In this document: positions 1 to 9,250 of the stretch, piece by piece
Layout: every line of letters starts with the position of its first letter
How positions within the stretch are numbered: position 1 is the stretch's first letter
IMG/VR virus record: IMGVR_UViG_3300032046_000018
Span: 6,985 to 70,984 of that record
Length of the DNA: 64,000 bases
Source of the DNA: a virus
Reading direction: 5' to 3' (one strand)
Notes under the pieces: generated by a model
Database searches by the model: none
The model's input: only the letters and a program-made list of their open reading frames with translations
Told to the model about the DNA's origin: nothing
Made by a program: the position numbers and the translations under genes

Positions 1-822
1 CGATACACGTGCCAGCTTCTCAAGGACATCCCAACCGGGATGTCGCTCGCCACTAGCGTCGATGCATGGACAGGGAATGTGGATTTCACTGCAGACCCAT
101 TCGAGGCATTCGAGAAAGGCGTTCCTGGCAAGGTAACACCAGAAGGGAAGGCCATGCTCGAGGAAGCATACAATTTGGGGATGCGGGCCGTCTACAAGAA
201 GGGGACATCCGAGCGCGTTGACATGAAATGGAAAGACGCCGAGAAGGCCAATGAAAAGGCCGAGAAGGCAGGGAAGCCTATCCCATACACCGTGCGGGCG
301 CTTCCATTTACCAGGATCACCATGGAGAACCTGAGGGAGTGGCACGAGAAATACCAGATGACGAACGACGAGTTCGGGGTCGCCATGAGGCGCACTGCCG
401 ATGATTCAGGCGAGAAGCAGGTCAAGAACTACACGAGATACGCGCTGCTCGAATGTTCAGCCACCCCCGCCGATTCTTCTGGCGAAGGGCAGTCCGTGAG
501 AATGGTACTGCAGGATTCAATGAATCCAGACGTGAAAATGAGCGTGTTCCTCCCGCGGCACATCACGCAACTTAGCTTCACCGGCATGGCAGATATCAAG
601 TTCTTGTGCCAAACTCGCAAGAAGGCTGATTATTGGGACACTGCTGCTAATGCACGGGTCGAGGATGGAGATGGCCGGTTTGGCGAGATCACTGTCGACA
701 TCTACAGCATGATGGTAACGTTCGTGCACCCTGAAGATGATGGAGGAGATGGCGATGATGATGACGAGGAGGAGAAGAAGAAGCCTGAAGACAAATCTGT
801 CGAGGAGAGGCCTGATGTTTGA
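1..822 (+). CDS. 5'-truncated putative ssDNA-binding (OB-fold/RPA-like) protein
   Basis: Frame open from base 1, beta-rich C-terminal half, very acidic tail (DDGGDGDDDDEEE), next to the ATPase and clamp genes. Confidence 0.45.
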   Translation, partial: RYTCQLLKDIPTGMSLATSVDAWTGNVDFTADPFEAFEKGVPGKVTPEGKAMLEEAYNLGMRAVYKKGTSERVDMKWKDAEKANEKAEKAGKPIPYTVRALPFTRITMENLREWHEKYQMTNDEFGVAMRRTADDSGEKQVKNYTRYALLECSATPADSSGEGQSVRMVLQDSMNPDVKMSVFLPRHITQLSFTGMADIKFLCQTRKKADYWDTAANARVEDGDGRFGEITVDIYSMMVTFVHPEDDGGDGDDDDEEEKKKPEDKSVEERPDV

Positions 823-2105
823 TGATGCCACAGCCGAAATCAAGCGAAAAGGCATTCTCCAATCCCGCTACGCCTCGTAGCGTCGACACACCAACACAAG
901 CGCCGGTCGATGACACTGCATCGAGAATAGAGGATGCACGTGCCAGGCCCACCGCCTTCAAGGAATACGAGAAGGGAAAGGGGACCGGTCTCGTGATTGC
1001 CATCATTTCTCTTGGGAAAGGCAAGAAGACCGTCTTCTCCTGGCTCCCCTGTTACATGAACCTGGATTTCAAGGGCTCCATGGGACCTAAGACATATGAA
1101 ACACTGCACACTGGACAACTCCCGGAGGTCGAGCAGGTATGTGCGGTCGATACGGAGGAATCCATCAAGCGGGACATGGACCACGGATATCTTGGCGAGA
1201 TAACGAAGGATTTCAGGAAAAACCACAAGATACACATCGAATCGGCACCCCTCATTCGTACCCGAGAGAAGAGCAAGGATGGGGAGATCATCAAGGTTGA
1301 TAGGGACTTCGACGCCGAGAAGATGCGGGAGAACTTCGAGGCCGCAGTATGGCAGGCTGCAGAACGGTACAAGGGAAACACGCTTCTCATTCTCGACTCT
1401 TTTAGCGACTACCGTGACATGATCACGGATGAGCAGGACGACATGGCTGGAAAGACAGTCGTCAAGAAATACGGCAAGAAGAAGGGTGTGGAGGATGACG
1501 AGGAGACTGGCACCGACCGGCGGTTCTACCGGTATCGAAACAAGTGGTGGACCAATGTACTGATGAAGCTGCGCACCACCGAATGCTGGGTCGTCGAGAC
1601 CTTCAAACTCGAGGTGCGGGAACCAGAATGGCAGTGGAAGGATATAAAGGTCCGTGTTGGTGCCGACCCGAAGAACCCGAATAGCTATGTCATGCACAGC
1701 ATCAAGCTCCCGGAGACGTATCCCGTGATGATCAGCAAGACGGACTACCGGATCGACCAGGGGTACACGCTGCGCCAAGTTTATGACATGAAAACGGGCA
1801 CGTTCGTGGACAAGATACGGACGGACTGGTATCGACATCCACACAGCACCATGCCGTATCTCAAGATTCCCCAGGAACAGCGGGATTCACTCGAGGAGAA
1901 ATGCTTCCTTGACTATCCACAGTACGATCGGATGGCGTTCACGTATCTCATCGAGGACATGGCACCGTCGATACTACAGAACAGCGGAAAGACAACATGG
2001 GGGAAATATGAAGGCGCTCAATATGCGGACGATGAAAAACAAGAAGCGGTGATTGAGAATGTCAAAGAAAGCAAACCAGCAGCCACACAAAGAAGAAGGA
2101 AGTAA
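819..2105 (+). CDS. RecA-like/AAA_24-type ATPase (putative recombinase)
   Basis: Degenerate Walker A (IISLGKGKKT), AVDTE strand, Walker B LLILDSFS. Confidence 0.65.
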   Translation: MMMPQPKSSEKAFSNPATPRSVDTPTQAPVDDTASRIEDARARPTAFKEYEKGKGTGLVIAIISLGKGKKTVFSWLPCYMNLDFKGSMGPKTYETLHTGQLPEVEQVCAVDTEESIKRDMDHGYLGEITKDFRKNHKIHIESAPLIRTREKSKDGEIIKVDRDFDAEKMRENFEAAVWQAAERYKGNTLLILDSFSDYRDMITDEQDDMAGKTVVKKYGKKKGVEDDEETGTDRRFYRYRNKWWTNVLMKLRTTECWVVETFKLEVREPEWQWKDIKVRVGADPKNPNSYVMHSIKLPETYPVMISKTDYRIDQGYTLRQVYDMKTGTFVDKIRTDWYRHPHSTMPYLKIPQEQRDSLEEKCFLDYPQYDRMAFTYLIEDMAPSILQNSGKTTWGKYEGAQYADDEKQEAVIENVKESKPAATQRRRK

Positions 2106-3132
2106 ACCGGCTGACGAGACGCCGAAGGAAGCACCTGTCGAGGAGAAGCCTGCGGCAGTGAGGCCTGTTGATGCGAACGTCGCCGAGGTCCTGGTGAACC
2201 GGGAAGCGCTCAAGCGATTCGTTGAAGACGTGCGATGCAAGGGTATTTCCGAGGTGAGCGATAAGGAGAAGGTGACGCAGGCCGAGCTCTTCGAGAACTT
2301 CCTACTGGAAGCAAAGAAGGGGCAGGGAGCAATCGTCACCGCGACGGATACACATATCAATCTGGTGATAGCACAACACCTCCTCAAGGAGGGAGATGAA
2401 CTCAAGGTCGTGAACGAGGGACGGATTCCCGTCACGAACATAGCCGATTGTCTCACCGCAATAACGCGTGTTGGTGGCGACAAGAAGGGGCGGAACATTC
2501 AACTCATCTACCCGGATGAGGAGAACAAGGTGCGGCTCACCAGGATTGGCACGGAGACGGCGTGGTCGTTCATCACCGAAGGCGAGGAGAAACTCACGAG
2601 CCTGGAGAAGACCGATAGCCTGCGGCACAAGTGGTCCCCGGAGAAGGATTGCGTCATCTCGTATTCCAAGGATAACATTGAAATCCCGTGGCCAGTCAAG
2701 GTCAAGGTCATCCCGAGCATGCTTCGTGAATTGGCGAAGGACGTGAGCAGTTTCGTCAAGCAGGGCGTTACCAATCTCAAGCTCGCCGATGGAAAGATGC
2801 TCTTCTTCTTAGGTGACGCGACCGCGTCGAGGAAGGGCTCGAGAGACTTGCAACCCATCACCAGGAAAAAACTGGAAGTGGAGATGGCCAAGGAGGAGCG
2901 GAAAGGAGTGGAGTGGAATGTCGTGAAATCCACGAAATGGGTGGACGCGGCAGACGACGCTACGCCCATAGAAGCGAGATACTATCACGGGCTGTATGCG
3001 GTGATAGGGAACATCGACGACAGCTTCACGACCGAGATTCACTTCTGCAACATTCTCGGGGGATGGATGATGTGGGTGCACGCTGAAAATGCAACCGCCC
3101 GCATGGACTACATGATTCCATACGATAAGTAG
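2059..3132 (+). CDS. pcn: DNA sliding clamp, PCNA-like
   Basis: PCNA-like pattern in both halves (LKRFVEDV, IVTATDTHINLVIAQHL, VKVKVIPSMLRELAKDV, EARYYHGL, RMDYMIP). GGTGA upstream of ATG 2059. Confidence 0.75.
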   Translation: MSKKANQQPHKEEGSKPADETPKEAPVEEKPAAVRPVDANVAEVLVNREALKRFVEDVRCKGISEVSDKEKVTQAELFENFLLEAKKGQGAIVTATDTHINLVIAQHLLKEGDELKVVNEGRIPVTNIADCLTAITRVGGDKKGRNIQLIYPDEENKVRLTRIGTETAWSFITEGEEKLTSLEKTDSLRHKWSPEKDCVISYSKDNIEIPWPVKVKVIPSMLRELAKDVSSFVKQGVTNLKLADGKMLFFLGDATASRKGSRDLQPITRKKLEVEMAKEERKGVEWNVVKSTKWVDAADDATPIEARYYHGLYAVIGNIDDSFTTEIHFCNILGGWMMWVHAENATARMDYMIPYDK

Positions 3133-3141
3133 ATAACACGC

Positions 3142-3246
3142 GGAGCCCTGGCGGTAGGTGGTTAGACCGCCATCAAACCATGGACACTTGATGGGGATAC
3201 GCCAATAGCCGAATCCCCTAACGCGGTGAAAGCCGCGGGTGTTCCA
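3142..3246 (+). ncRNA. Aberrant tRNA-like cloverleaf RNA
   Basis: Acceptor GGAGCCC/GG(T)GTTCC, D arm GCGGT-AGGTGGTTAG-ACCGC, arm CATCAA/TTGATG with 11-nt loop, long variable arm GGGAT/ATCCC, T arm CGCGG-TGAAAG-CCGCG. Confidence 0.5.
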
Positions 3247-3254
3247 CAAACCAT

Positions 3255-3411
3255 AGCAACGTGGTGTAGCCAGACCAACACGCCAGACTCATAACCGCGA
3301 GGGCCACGAATGAGATTGCGATTTGGCAACTTATATCAATAATGCCTAGGAATCGTGACCGGGCTTCGGGAAATCTGGAGGTCGGAGGTTCAAATCCTCC
3401 CGTTGCTACCA
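3255..3411 (+). tRNA. tRNA-Met(CAT), initiator-like scaffold, 79-nt intron at 37/38 (3294-3372), encoded CCA
   Basis: Acceptor AGCAACG/CGTTGCT, D stem GTGT/ACAC, anticodon stem CCAGA/TCTGG, CAT at 3290-3292, T arm GGAGG-TTCAAAT-CCTCC, ACCA end. Relaxed bulge-helix motif at the 3' splice site. Confidence 0.9.
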
Positions 3412-3434
3412 ATTATAACAAAGGTGAAGTAAAA

Positions 3435-3935
3435 ATGGCAGATAAACACGAAAACGAGCAAGAATTTGCAGATGGCATTCCGATGTCAACGGCAATTGCC
3501 ACGCTAATGGACCACATCAACGCTCTGGAGAGCTGGAGGAACGCCGTTATTGAATGCCTTAGCACGCACAAGAAGCGCATGGACGAGTTCATGGGTTTGG
3601 CTGACATTTTAAAAGTGTATGGCCACTTGATTAGTGATGTCGGCAAGGAGGAAGTTAAAAACCTGCTTCTCGAGACAAAGGTCATGGCGCTGGAGGAGCT
3701 CCTTGATTCATACGTCAATGTATTAAGGCCTGCGATCCACGATCACCCGAACTGGTCGACTAATCCCAGCGATTATCTATCGGCGACACTCCCAGGAATA
3801 ATTGACCGGGCGGCGACTCTGGATGACCTGCTCAAGGATATCAAGGACCCCGAGGTAGATAATGGGGAAATCATCTTGAAAATGAATGGCCTCGCGGACA
3901 AGTTTGGACCGAAGAAGGAGGGTGAAAGTAAGTGA
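3435..3935 (+). CDS. Hypothetical coiled-coil protein
   Basis: AGGTGA before ATG 3435; overlaps the next gene. Confidence 0.7.
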   Translation: MADKHENEQEFADGIPMSTAIATLMDHINALESWRNAVIECLSTHKKRMDEFMGLADILKVYGHLISDVGKEEVKNLLLETKVMALEELLDSYVNVLRPAIHDHPNWSTNPSDYLSATLPGIIDRAATLDDLLKDIKDPEVDNGEIILKMNGLADKFGPKKEGESK

Positions 3936-4546
3936 GCGAGCCATACAAGTGCACGAAATGCGGTCGCACGCACGTGAAGGGAAAGATATATGACGATCAC
4001 AGGGAATTCGCCGAGCGAAAGCCGACCGAGATACCCGTGAAAGGGCAGGGATCAATGGGGATTGGCGATGACTTCAATGGAGTGAAGGCTGCGCCGAAAC
4101 CAATAGAGATGGTGAAGGTCGAGAGCACGCCCAATCCAATGGACCGGTTAAAGTATGTCCATGACATGAAGGGCGCCAATCTCAACGAACTCGTGCAAGG
4201 GTTAAAAGTTTCCACGGTGAAGGAGAATGGAAAGTCGGCGAAAGTCGAGATATCAGGCGAGAAGAAGGGCGGATTCTGGGACACTCACGCACTCGATGCA
4301 TTCCTGCTCAAGGCCACCAGGAGCCAGGTAAAACTCATGCTGGACGAGAATCCACAGGTGGATAGGGGAGGCGTGATGTACAAGGTCAACTGGCGAGCGA
4401 ACGCTTGGGAAAGCAAGGATGGCGTGAGAATACCATTCAATGTCGAGGAGATGCTCAAGTATGGTGCCATGATAGCAATGGCCAACGGGAAACATCCAGG
4501 GATGCTCGTGAAGCGGAGAAGCAAGAAAGCTCTTCGAGGTGAATGA
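3932..4546 (+). CDS. Hypothetical protein with N-terminal C2H2-like Zn finger
   Basis: CTKCGRTH...H motif; coupled in the operon. Confidence 0.7.
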   Translation: MSEPYKCTKCGRTHVKGKIYDDHREFAERKPTEIPVKGQGSMGIGDDFNGVKAAPKPIEMVKVESTPNPMDRLKYVHDMKGANLNELVQGLKVSTVKENGKSAKVEISGEKKGGFWDTHALDAFLLKATRSQVKLMLDENPQVDRGGVMYKVNWRANAWESKDGVRIPFNVEEMLKYGAMIAMANGKHPGMLVKRRSKKALRGE

Positions 4547-4547
4547 C

Positions 4548-4703
4548 ATGGCAATAAAATTCAAGATATTTGGGGGCTCGCCAATCGAGCTCGAGAAGGA
4601 CCTTAACGAGTTCGTCGCTAAGATAGGAGATTCTAATTTCATCGACATCAAGGTCGTCGAGATAGCGTCATACTTGCATTGCGTGGTGATATATGAAGCA
4701 TGA
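4548..4703 (+). CDS. Small hypothetical protein (51 aa, not in ORF track)
   Basis: GAGGTGA upstream; MAIKFKIFGG...IYEA fills the gap and ends in an ATGA overlap. Confidence 0.65.
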   Translation: MAIKFKIFGGSPIELEKDLNEFVAKIGDSNFIDIKVVEIASYLHCVVIYEA

Positions 4704-5134
4704 GGTGCACGGGGCTCGCCATCTCCAGAACATTAGGTCCTGGCATCGAGGGAACGTCCACCGGCGTGTGGCTGCGTGATTTCTTTCGCAAGTTGAAGAC
4801 TGCAGTCATCGTGGTCCCGTGGAGCAGCAAGGAGATAGTTGAAATGCAGTGTAAATACGCCCCCGGTGCCAGGCTCATCCCGATCCTCCCGAACATGACT
4901 AAATATCGAAAAAAAGCCGAAGCGTACCGGGAGCGGGCAGTGGAATTGTGCGAGGCCGCGCAAGACATGCATGCAATTCACGATTTAGACGATTGGACGA
5001 AATCAGCGGTGATGATAGCGGATATTTTTTTTAACGTGCACCCTGGATACGAACTCGACACCAAGCTTGTCGTTGATGGCGAGATCGTTGATGTATCACT
5101 CGAGGAAATGAAAAAAAGGAGCGGGTATAAATGA
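4700..5134 (+). CDS. Hypothetical protein
   Basis: ATGA overlaps at both ends. Confidence 0.65.
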   Translation: MRCTGLAISRTLGPGIEGTSTGVWLRDFFRKLKTAVIVVPWSSKEIVEMQCKYAPGARLIPILPNMTKYRKKAEAYRERAVELCEAAQDMHAIHDLDDWTKSAVMIADIFFNVHPGYELDTKLVVDGEIVDVSLEEMKKRSGYK

Positions 5135-8100
5135 GTGACTGGAGAACTATTTGTCTCATCAACAAGAACCACGAGACCATGGACAAGGATGGCACGGCCG
5201 TCCCGGTCTGGATCGTCGCTGGCAAGGAGAAGGACGGAACGCATCACGTTCTCAGGATACATGGCGAGCGGGTGCGCCCGTCCTTCGGCGTCCCCTATGA
5301 GGAGTTCTGGAAGGTGATGGACGACCCCAGGATAACAGGGTTTCACCGTGGCCCAGATTCACCATTTGGGGAGCCAGTGATGGAGGTGTACTCGAAACTT
5401 CCAAAGGATGTTGGCACAGGGCAAAGCGCCATTAGGAATTTCGTGAGCCATTCATACCAGGGCGACATCCGATTCGAGGACAAGGTAGGAATCGACCTTC
5501 TCATCTGGGAAGGTTACATGATGTTCGATTTCTCAATGGTGGAGCAATATGGATACCTCGACGACAAGTTCGTGCAGCCCCCGCCTGAGGGATACGAGAA
5601 ATTCTACGTCAACAAGCACAAGGTGTATTTTGACTCCGAATGGACCATGAAGGCCTTGATTGACGATGTCGGGCGCCTGCGCTTCCGCCAACGTCTCAAG
5701 AAGAAGGAGGATGAGGAGGAGCGATATGTCAAGAGCAAGGTCATCACCATTTCATTTCTCCAGTCGTGGGACTGGACATTCCACGTGTTCACGTGGCACC
5801 CACGAGTAAAGGAGAAATGCACGTACCAGGAAAGATATATTAGTCGCATCTCGGAGGACGCTCGCCAGAAAATAAAAGTAATGCCAATGGAGTTCCATGT
5901 TGAGGTGCACGCGTGCGAAAATGAAAAGCAGTTATTAACGGGCATGGTCGATTATCTCTCAGGCACGCAAATTGACGCGCTCATCGGATTTAACGCGTTC
6001 AGCGGGATACATGGACTTGGAGATAGCAAGAAGTGGCAGAATGGGTTTGACATGCCCTGGTTGTACAGGCACTGCATGGTCAAGCCTAACAAGGACTACC
6101 AGACCTGGGTACCGAGAGACCCTGACGTGAATCTCCATCGGATTAGCCCGGCTGGTGTCACGTACTTTAGAGATGACTTTGGCAAGGAGGAGGTCGTCAT
6201 CAAGATGTTGACGTGCCTGGACCTCTATCACATGATGGCCTTCTTTGAGTATCACAAGAAGGATAAATTGAAAAACGAGAAGCTCGACACGTACATGGAC
6301 AGGTACCTGGGAATAGGGAAGGTAAAACACCCGCAATACAGGTGGGTGTGGGACATGTGGGAGAAGGAGCCCCCATTAGAGAGGCTCTACAACATGGGTG
6401 ACACCGAGGGAACGGCTGGCGTCGAGCAAATATTCAAGCCTAGCGAGGACGCATTTAACAGGGCCACGTTCTCGGGGGCGAGCTGGGATGCGGGGATGGC
6501 AGCGAGCAGGTTGCACGACCTCGTGAACCTTCACCTTTACAAGGATTTATATTATCTCGATACGAAAACATATGGAGATAATAAATATGAACGGATTTGG
6601 TTGTGGAATGGATTTACTGACGAAAAGGTCGGGGGATTTAACAAGGAAGTCAATAGAGGGATGAAACGGCTTGTTTTTGGGATGGACTTCAACAAGTTCT
6701 ACCCGATGGCCGGGATAGGGTCGAATTGCGCGCCAGAGACGTTCGTCAACATGGCAGGGCTCAGGTTGACGGGGAAAGGGCTCATGGTCGTCGATCGGCG
6801 GCCGTGCCTCATCAAGGAGGTAGAGGATTGGCCTGAATTTGTCAAGGAATGTAAACGCGAGCAGGCGGCCATGGGTGATGACGTGAGCATGGCATTGAAG
6901 AGCTTGCAATCCATCATCTCGAATAAACTGATCGGTTGGAAGGAGACCCTTTATAATTGGAGCGACCTGGCAATAACCCCGGCGGGGATATTCAGGAAGG
7001 ACATCATCGCCAGGAATGTATTGGCGTTCAAGGCGATGCTGGTCGAGAGGAAGAAGCTACAGAAGGTAGCGGACGCCATCCTCGAAAAGGTAAAAGACAT
7101 GGATGATTTCGACTATGTCGTGGCTGATGGACGGCAGTTCTCCTACAAGCAATACATGAATGGCAGGTTCGGCACGCAGGGAATGGATTGGGATAGGATG
7201 TACTTCTTGCCACTGTTCAACACGTACACGCTCGTCTGCCAGGAAATAATCAAGGAATGCATCGACTACGTCGAGAATGTCCTCGGGTATCCAGTTGATT
7301 TGGCGAGCACTGATTCGATGTATGCGGAGCACAAGCGCCCGATTGAATGGATTTGGAAGGAGATAGTAAACAAGGACGGCACCGTGAAGAAGCTGTGTTA
7401 CAGCAAGGAAGCGGAGGAGGTCGTGGAGAAGGTGCAGGCGCACGCCCAGGAATTTGCCAAGCGCGAGTTCAACATCGACGATCCGGGCGTGTTCACGCTC
7501 GAATGCGACATGATCTGCAAGACCATGTTCATCGAGAACATGCGCTTCTACATCAAGAACGTGATGTGGGCCAAGGGGAAGCTGATTGACCCGCCACAAC
7601 TGGAGTTCAAGGGAATGAAGGTGGTGCGCCGGGAAGTTGCAGCCGTTACTGAGGAGGTGCAAGAGAGACTTGGGAAACTCTACATGAATGATGGCACCGC
7701 TGACGATATCATGGTAGAGGTTATGAAGCTCCACGAGGAGTTTATTGCCATGCCACTCACTGAGGTCTGCAAGACACTCCCGGTCAACAAGCCATATCGT
7801 GATTATGACGAGAAAAGCGAGCAGTACAAGGCGTTTGCATTGGCAGATGAATTCTTCGACGTGGACATAGCCGTCGGTGATAGATTCTTCATCGCACCCC
7901 TAAAGTACTGTCCGAAGATGATTCACGGTAAAAAAGTGCCAGATAATCTTGGAGATAAGGTGGCGTTTGACGAGGACTCGATACAACGAATGCTCGACGC
8001 CGGTGTCCAGGTGGACATGCACGAGCTCGAGGATTCTGGAGTGGCGTCCCCGGCGGATGAGATACTCGAAGTCTTTGGTACTTCGTATTGGAAGCAAGTA

Positions 8101-8139
8101 AACAAGAGCAGGACAGCAAATACACATGGTGACTTTTAA
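5131..8139 (+). CDS. polB: Family B DNA polymerase with 3'-5' exonuclease
   Basis: Exo motifs YFDSE, GFN...FDMPWL, YNMGD; polymerase motifs DFNKFYP, KQYMNGRFG, ASTDS; KGMKVVRRE. Confidence 0.95.
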   Translation: MSDWRTICLINKNHETMDKDGTAVPVWIVAGKEKDGTHHVLRIHGERVRPSFGVPYEEFWKVMDDPRITGFHRGPDSPFGEPVMEVYSKLPKDVGTGQSAIRNFVSHSYQGDIRFEDKVGIDLLIWEGYMMFDFSMVEQYGYLDDKFVQPPPEGYEKFYVNKHKVYFDSEWTMKALIDDVGRLRFRQRLKKKEDEEERYVKSKVITISFLQSWDWTFHVFTWHPRVKEKCTYQERYISRISEDARQKIKVMPMEFHVEVHACENEKQLLTGMVDYLSGTQIDALIGFNAFSGIHGLGDSKKWQNGFDMPWLYRHCMVKPNKDYQTWVPRDPDVNLHRISPAGVTYFRDDFGKEEVVIKMLTCLDLYHMMAFFEYHKKDKLKNEKLDTYMDRYLGIGKVKHPQYRWVWDMWEKEPPLERLYNMGDTEGTAGVEQIFKPSEDAFNRATFSGASWDAGMAASRLHDLVNLHLYKDLYYLDTKTYGDNKYERIWLWNGFTDEKVGGFNKEVNRGMKRLVFGMDFNKFYPMAGIGSNCAPETFVNMAGLRLTGKGLMVVDRRPCLIKEVEDWPEFVKECKREQAAMGDDVSMALKSLQSIISNKLIGWKETLYNWSDLAITPAGIFRKDIIARNVLAFKAMLVERKKLQKVADAILEKVKDMDDFDYVVADGRQFSYKQYMNGRFGTQGMDWDRMYFLPLFNTYTLVCQEIIKECIDYVENVLGYPVDLASTDSMYAEHKRPIEWIWKEIVNKDGTVKKLCYSKEAEEVVEKVQAHAQEFAKREFNIDDPGVFTLECDMICKTMFIENMRFYIKNVMWAKGKLIDPPQLEFKGMKVVRREVAAVTEEVQERLGKLYMNDGTADDIMVEVMKLHEEFIAMPLTEVCKTLPVNKPYRDYDEKSEQYKAFALADEFFDVDIAVGDRFFIAPLKYCPKMIHGKKVPDNLGDKVAFDEDSIQRMLDAGVQVDMHELEDSGVASPADEILEVFGTSYWKQVNKSRTANTHGDF

Positions 8140-8140
8140 A

Positions 8141-8626
8141 ATGGACATTTTAACGACATTATATCTAATCATTGGAAGCGATTGCGTGTGCTTGGTCCTA
8201 GGTGCAGCCATGCACGCCATGTCAGTAGCCATGCACCACTGGAGAGAAAAGAGAGAATACTTGGAGGAGCACCCAGACGCCCGTGCATTAGAGTTCGTGC
8301 AGGCGGTGGACAAGCTAGAAGATGCCGAGGATTACCTCGCCAGGTGTGATGCAGTATTGGGAAATGAGCCGCGTGAACCAGTGAAGCAATTAACCGAGAA
8401 CGAAATCTACTGGTTAGATGCTGCCGATTGGCGCTTGTTCAGGTGGCAGGACGCTTTAAAGATGTTTTACCAAGACGCTTTTGACCGCTTCCACTACTGG
8501 CTTGGCGAAAAGCGAGATGACATCATTCTACACACCGGTAACTTCCAACAAAAGAACACCATTCGCTCCAAACGCGCCTACCGTGCACTTAAAATAAGCG
8601 AGATGTTTCCAAATGGGAAGGAGTGA
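8141..8626 (+). CDS. Hypothetical protein with N-terminal TM segment
   Basis: GGTGA 8 nt upstream of ATG 8141; hydrophobic N-terminus. Confidence 0.6.
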   Translation: MDILTTLYLIIGSDCVCLVLGAAMHAMSVAMHHWREKREYLEEHPDARALEFVQAVDKLEDAEDYLARCDAVLGNEPREPVKQLTENEIYWLDAADWRLFRWQDALKMFYQDAFDRFHYWLGEKRDDIILHTGNFQQKNTIRSKRAYRALKISEMFPNGKE

Positions 8627-9044
8627 TACCGTGAGAATGGGATTCACTGGAACGCAGTTGGGAATGACCAGGGCGCAGAAATCGGAAGTCGCCCGTGTCC
8701 TGGTGAATGCGAAAGCGACAGAGGTGCACCATGGCGATTGCATTGGTGCGGACGCTGAGTTCCACGACATCGTGCGGATGGTCGATCCGAAAATCAAGAT
8801 ACACGTCCATCCTCCAGCGGAAGACAAGAAGCGAGCGTTCAAGCGAGGCGACGTGCTCTACCCCGAAAAACAATATCTCGAGAGAAACCACGACATTGCG
8901 AAAGCGTGCGAGATACTCATCGCAACACCGGCGCAGAAAAACGAGGTGTTGAGAAGTGGCACGTGGGCCACGATAAGATACGCCAAGAAGATTGGAAGGA
9001 GCACGATCATCATCTCGCCTAACGGGAATAGTGAACTGAAATGA
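8613..9044 (+). CDS. SLOG-superfamily (DprA/YspA-like) nucleotide-binding protein
   Basis: GFTGT, HHGDCIGAD, RNHDI, SGTWATIRYA motifs. Confidence 0.75.
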   Translation: MGRSDTVRMGFTGTQLGMTRAQKSEVARVLVNAKATEVHHGDCIGADAEFHDIVRMVDPKIKIHVHPPAEDKKRAFKRGDVLYPEKQYLERNHDIAKACEILIATPAQKNEVLRSGTWATIRYAKKIGRSTIIISPNGNSELK

Positions 9045-9250
9045 TACAATCATTCAATAACTTCTGCCCGAAATATGCAATTGGAGACTATGGACCCGCT
9101 AAATGTAATGGCCCAAGCATGGAAAACGAGGACGGTACTTTCACGTGCACGAAATGTGGATATACAAACAGTACACCTATCCTTTCTACTAATTGGAAGC
9201 GAGAGGGTGTAAAATGGGTGAAAAAAGAGAATGCCAAGCTGGAAAAATAG
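9041..9250 (+). CDS. Small Zn-finger protein
   Basis: C...C...CTKC; starts with the same MIQSF as the methyltransferase. Confidence 0.55.
   Translation: MIQSFNNFCPKYAIGDYGPAKCNGPSMENEDGTFTCTKCGYTNSTPILSTNWKREGVKWVKKENAKLEK

Noticed and set aside
3142-3246. tRNA-Sec or tRNA-Pyl interpretation of the tRNA-like element
   Set aside because: No UCA or CUA in a 7-nt loop, no G73, and no in-frame stop readthrough is evident in the genes.
3294-3372. Box C/D guide RNA within the tRNA intron
   Set aside because: No convincing RUGAUGA/CUGA pair.
3342-3434. N-terminal extension of ORF 3342..3935 and reverse ORF 3218..3412
   Set aside because: Both overlap the tRNA; the real start is ATG 3435 with an SD.
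5131-8139. Inteins in PolB (also checked NrdD and TerL)
   Set aside because: The insertions lack intein terminal motifs and LAGLIDADG blocks.
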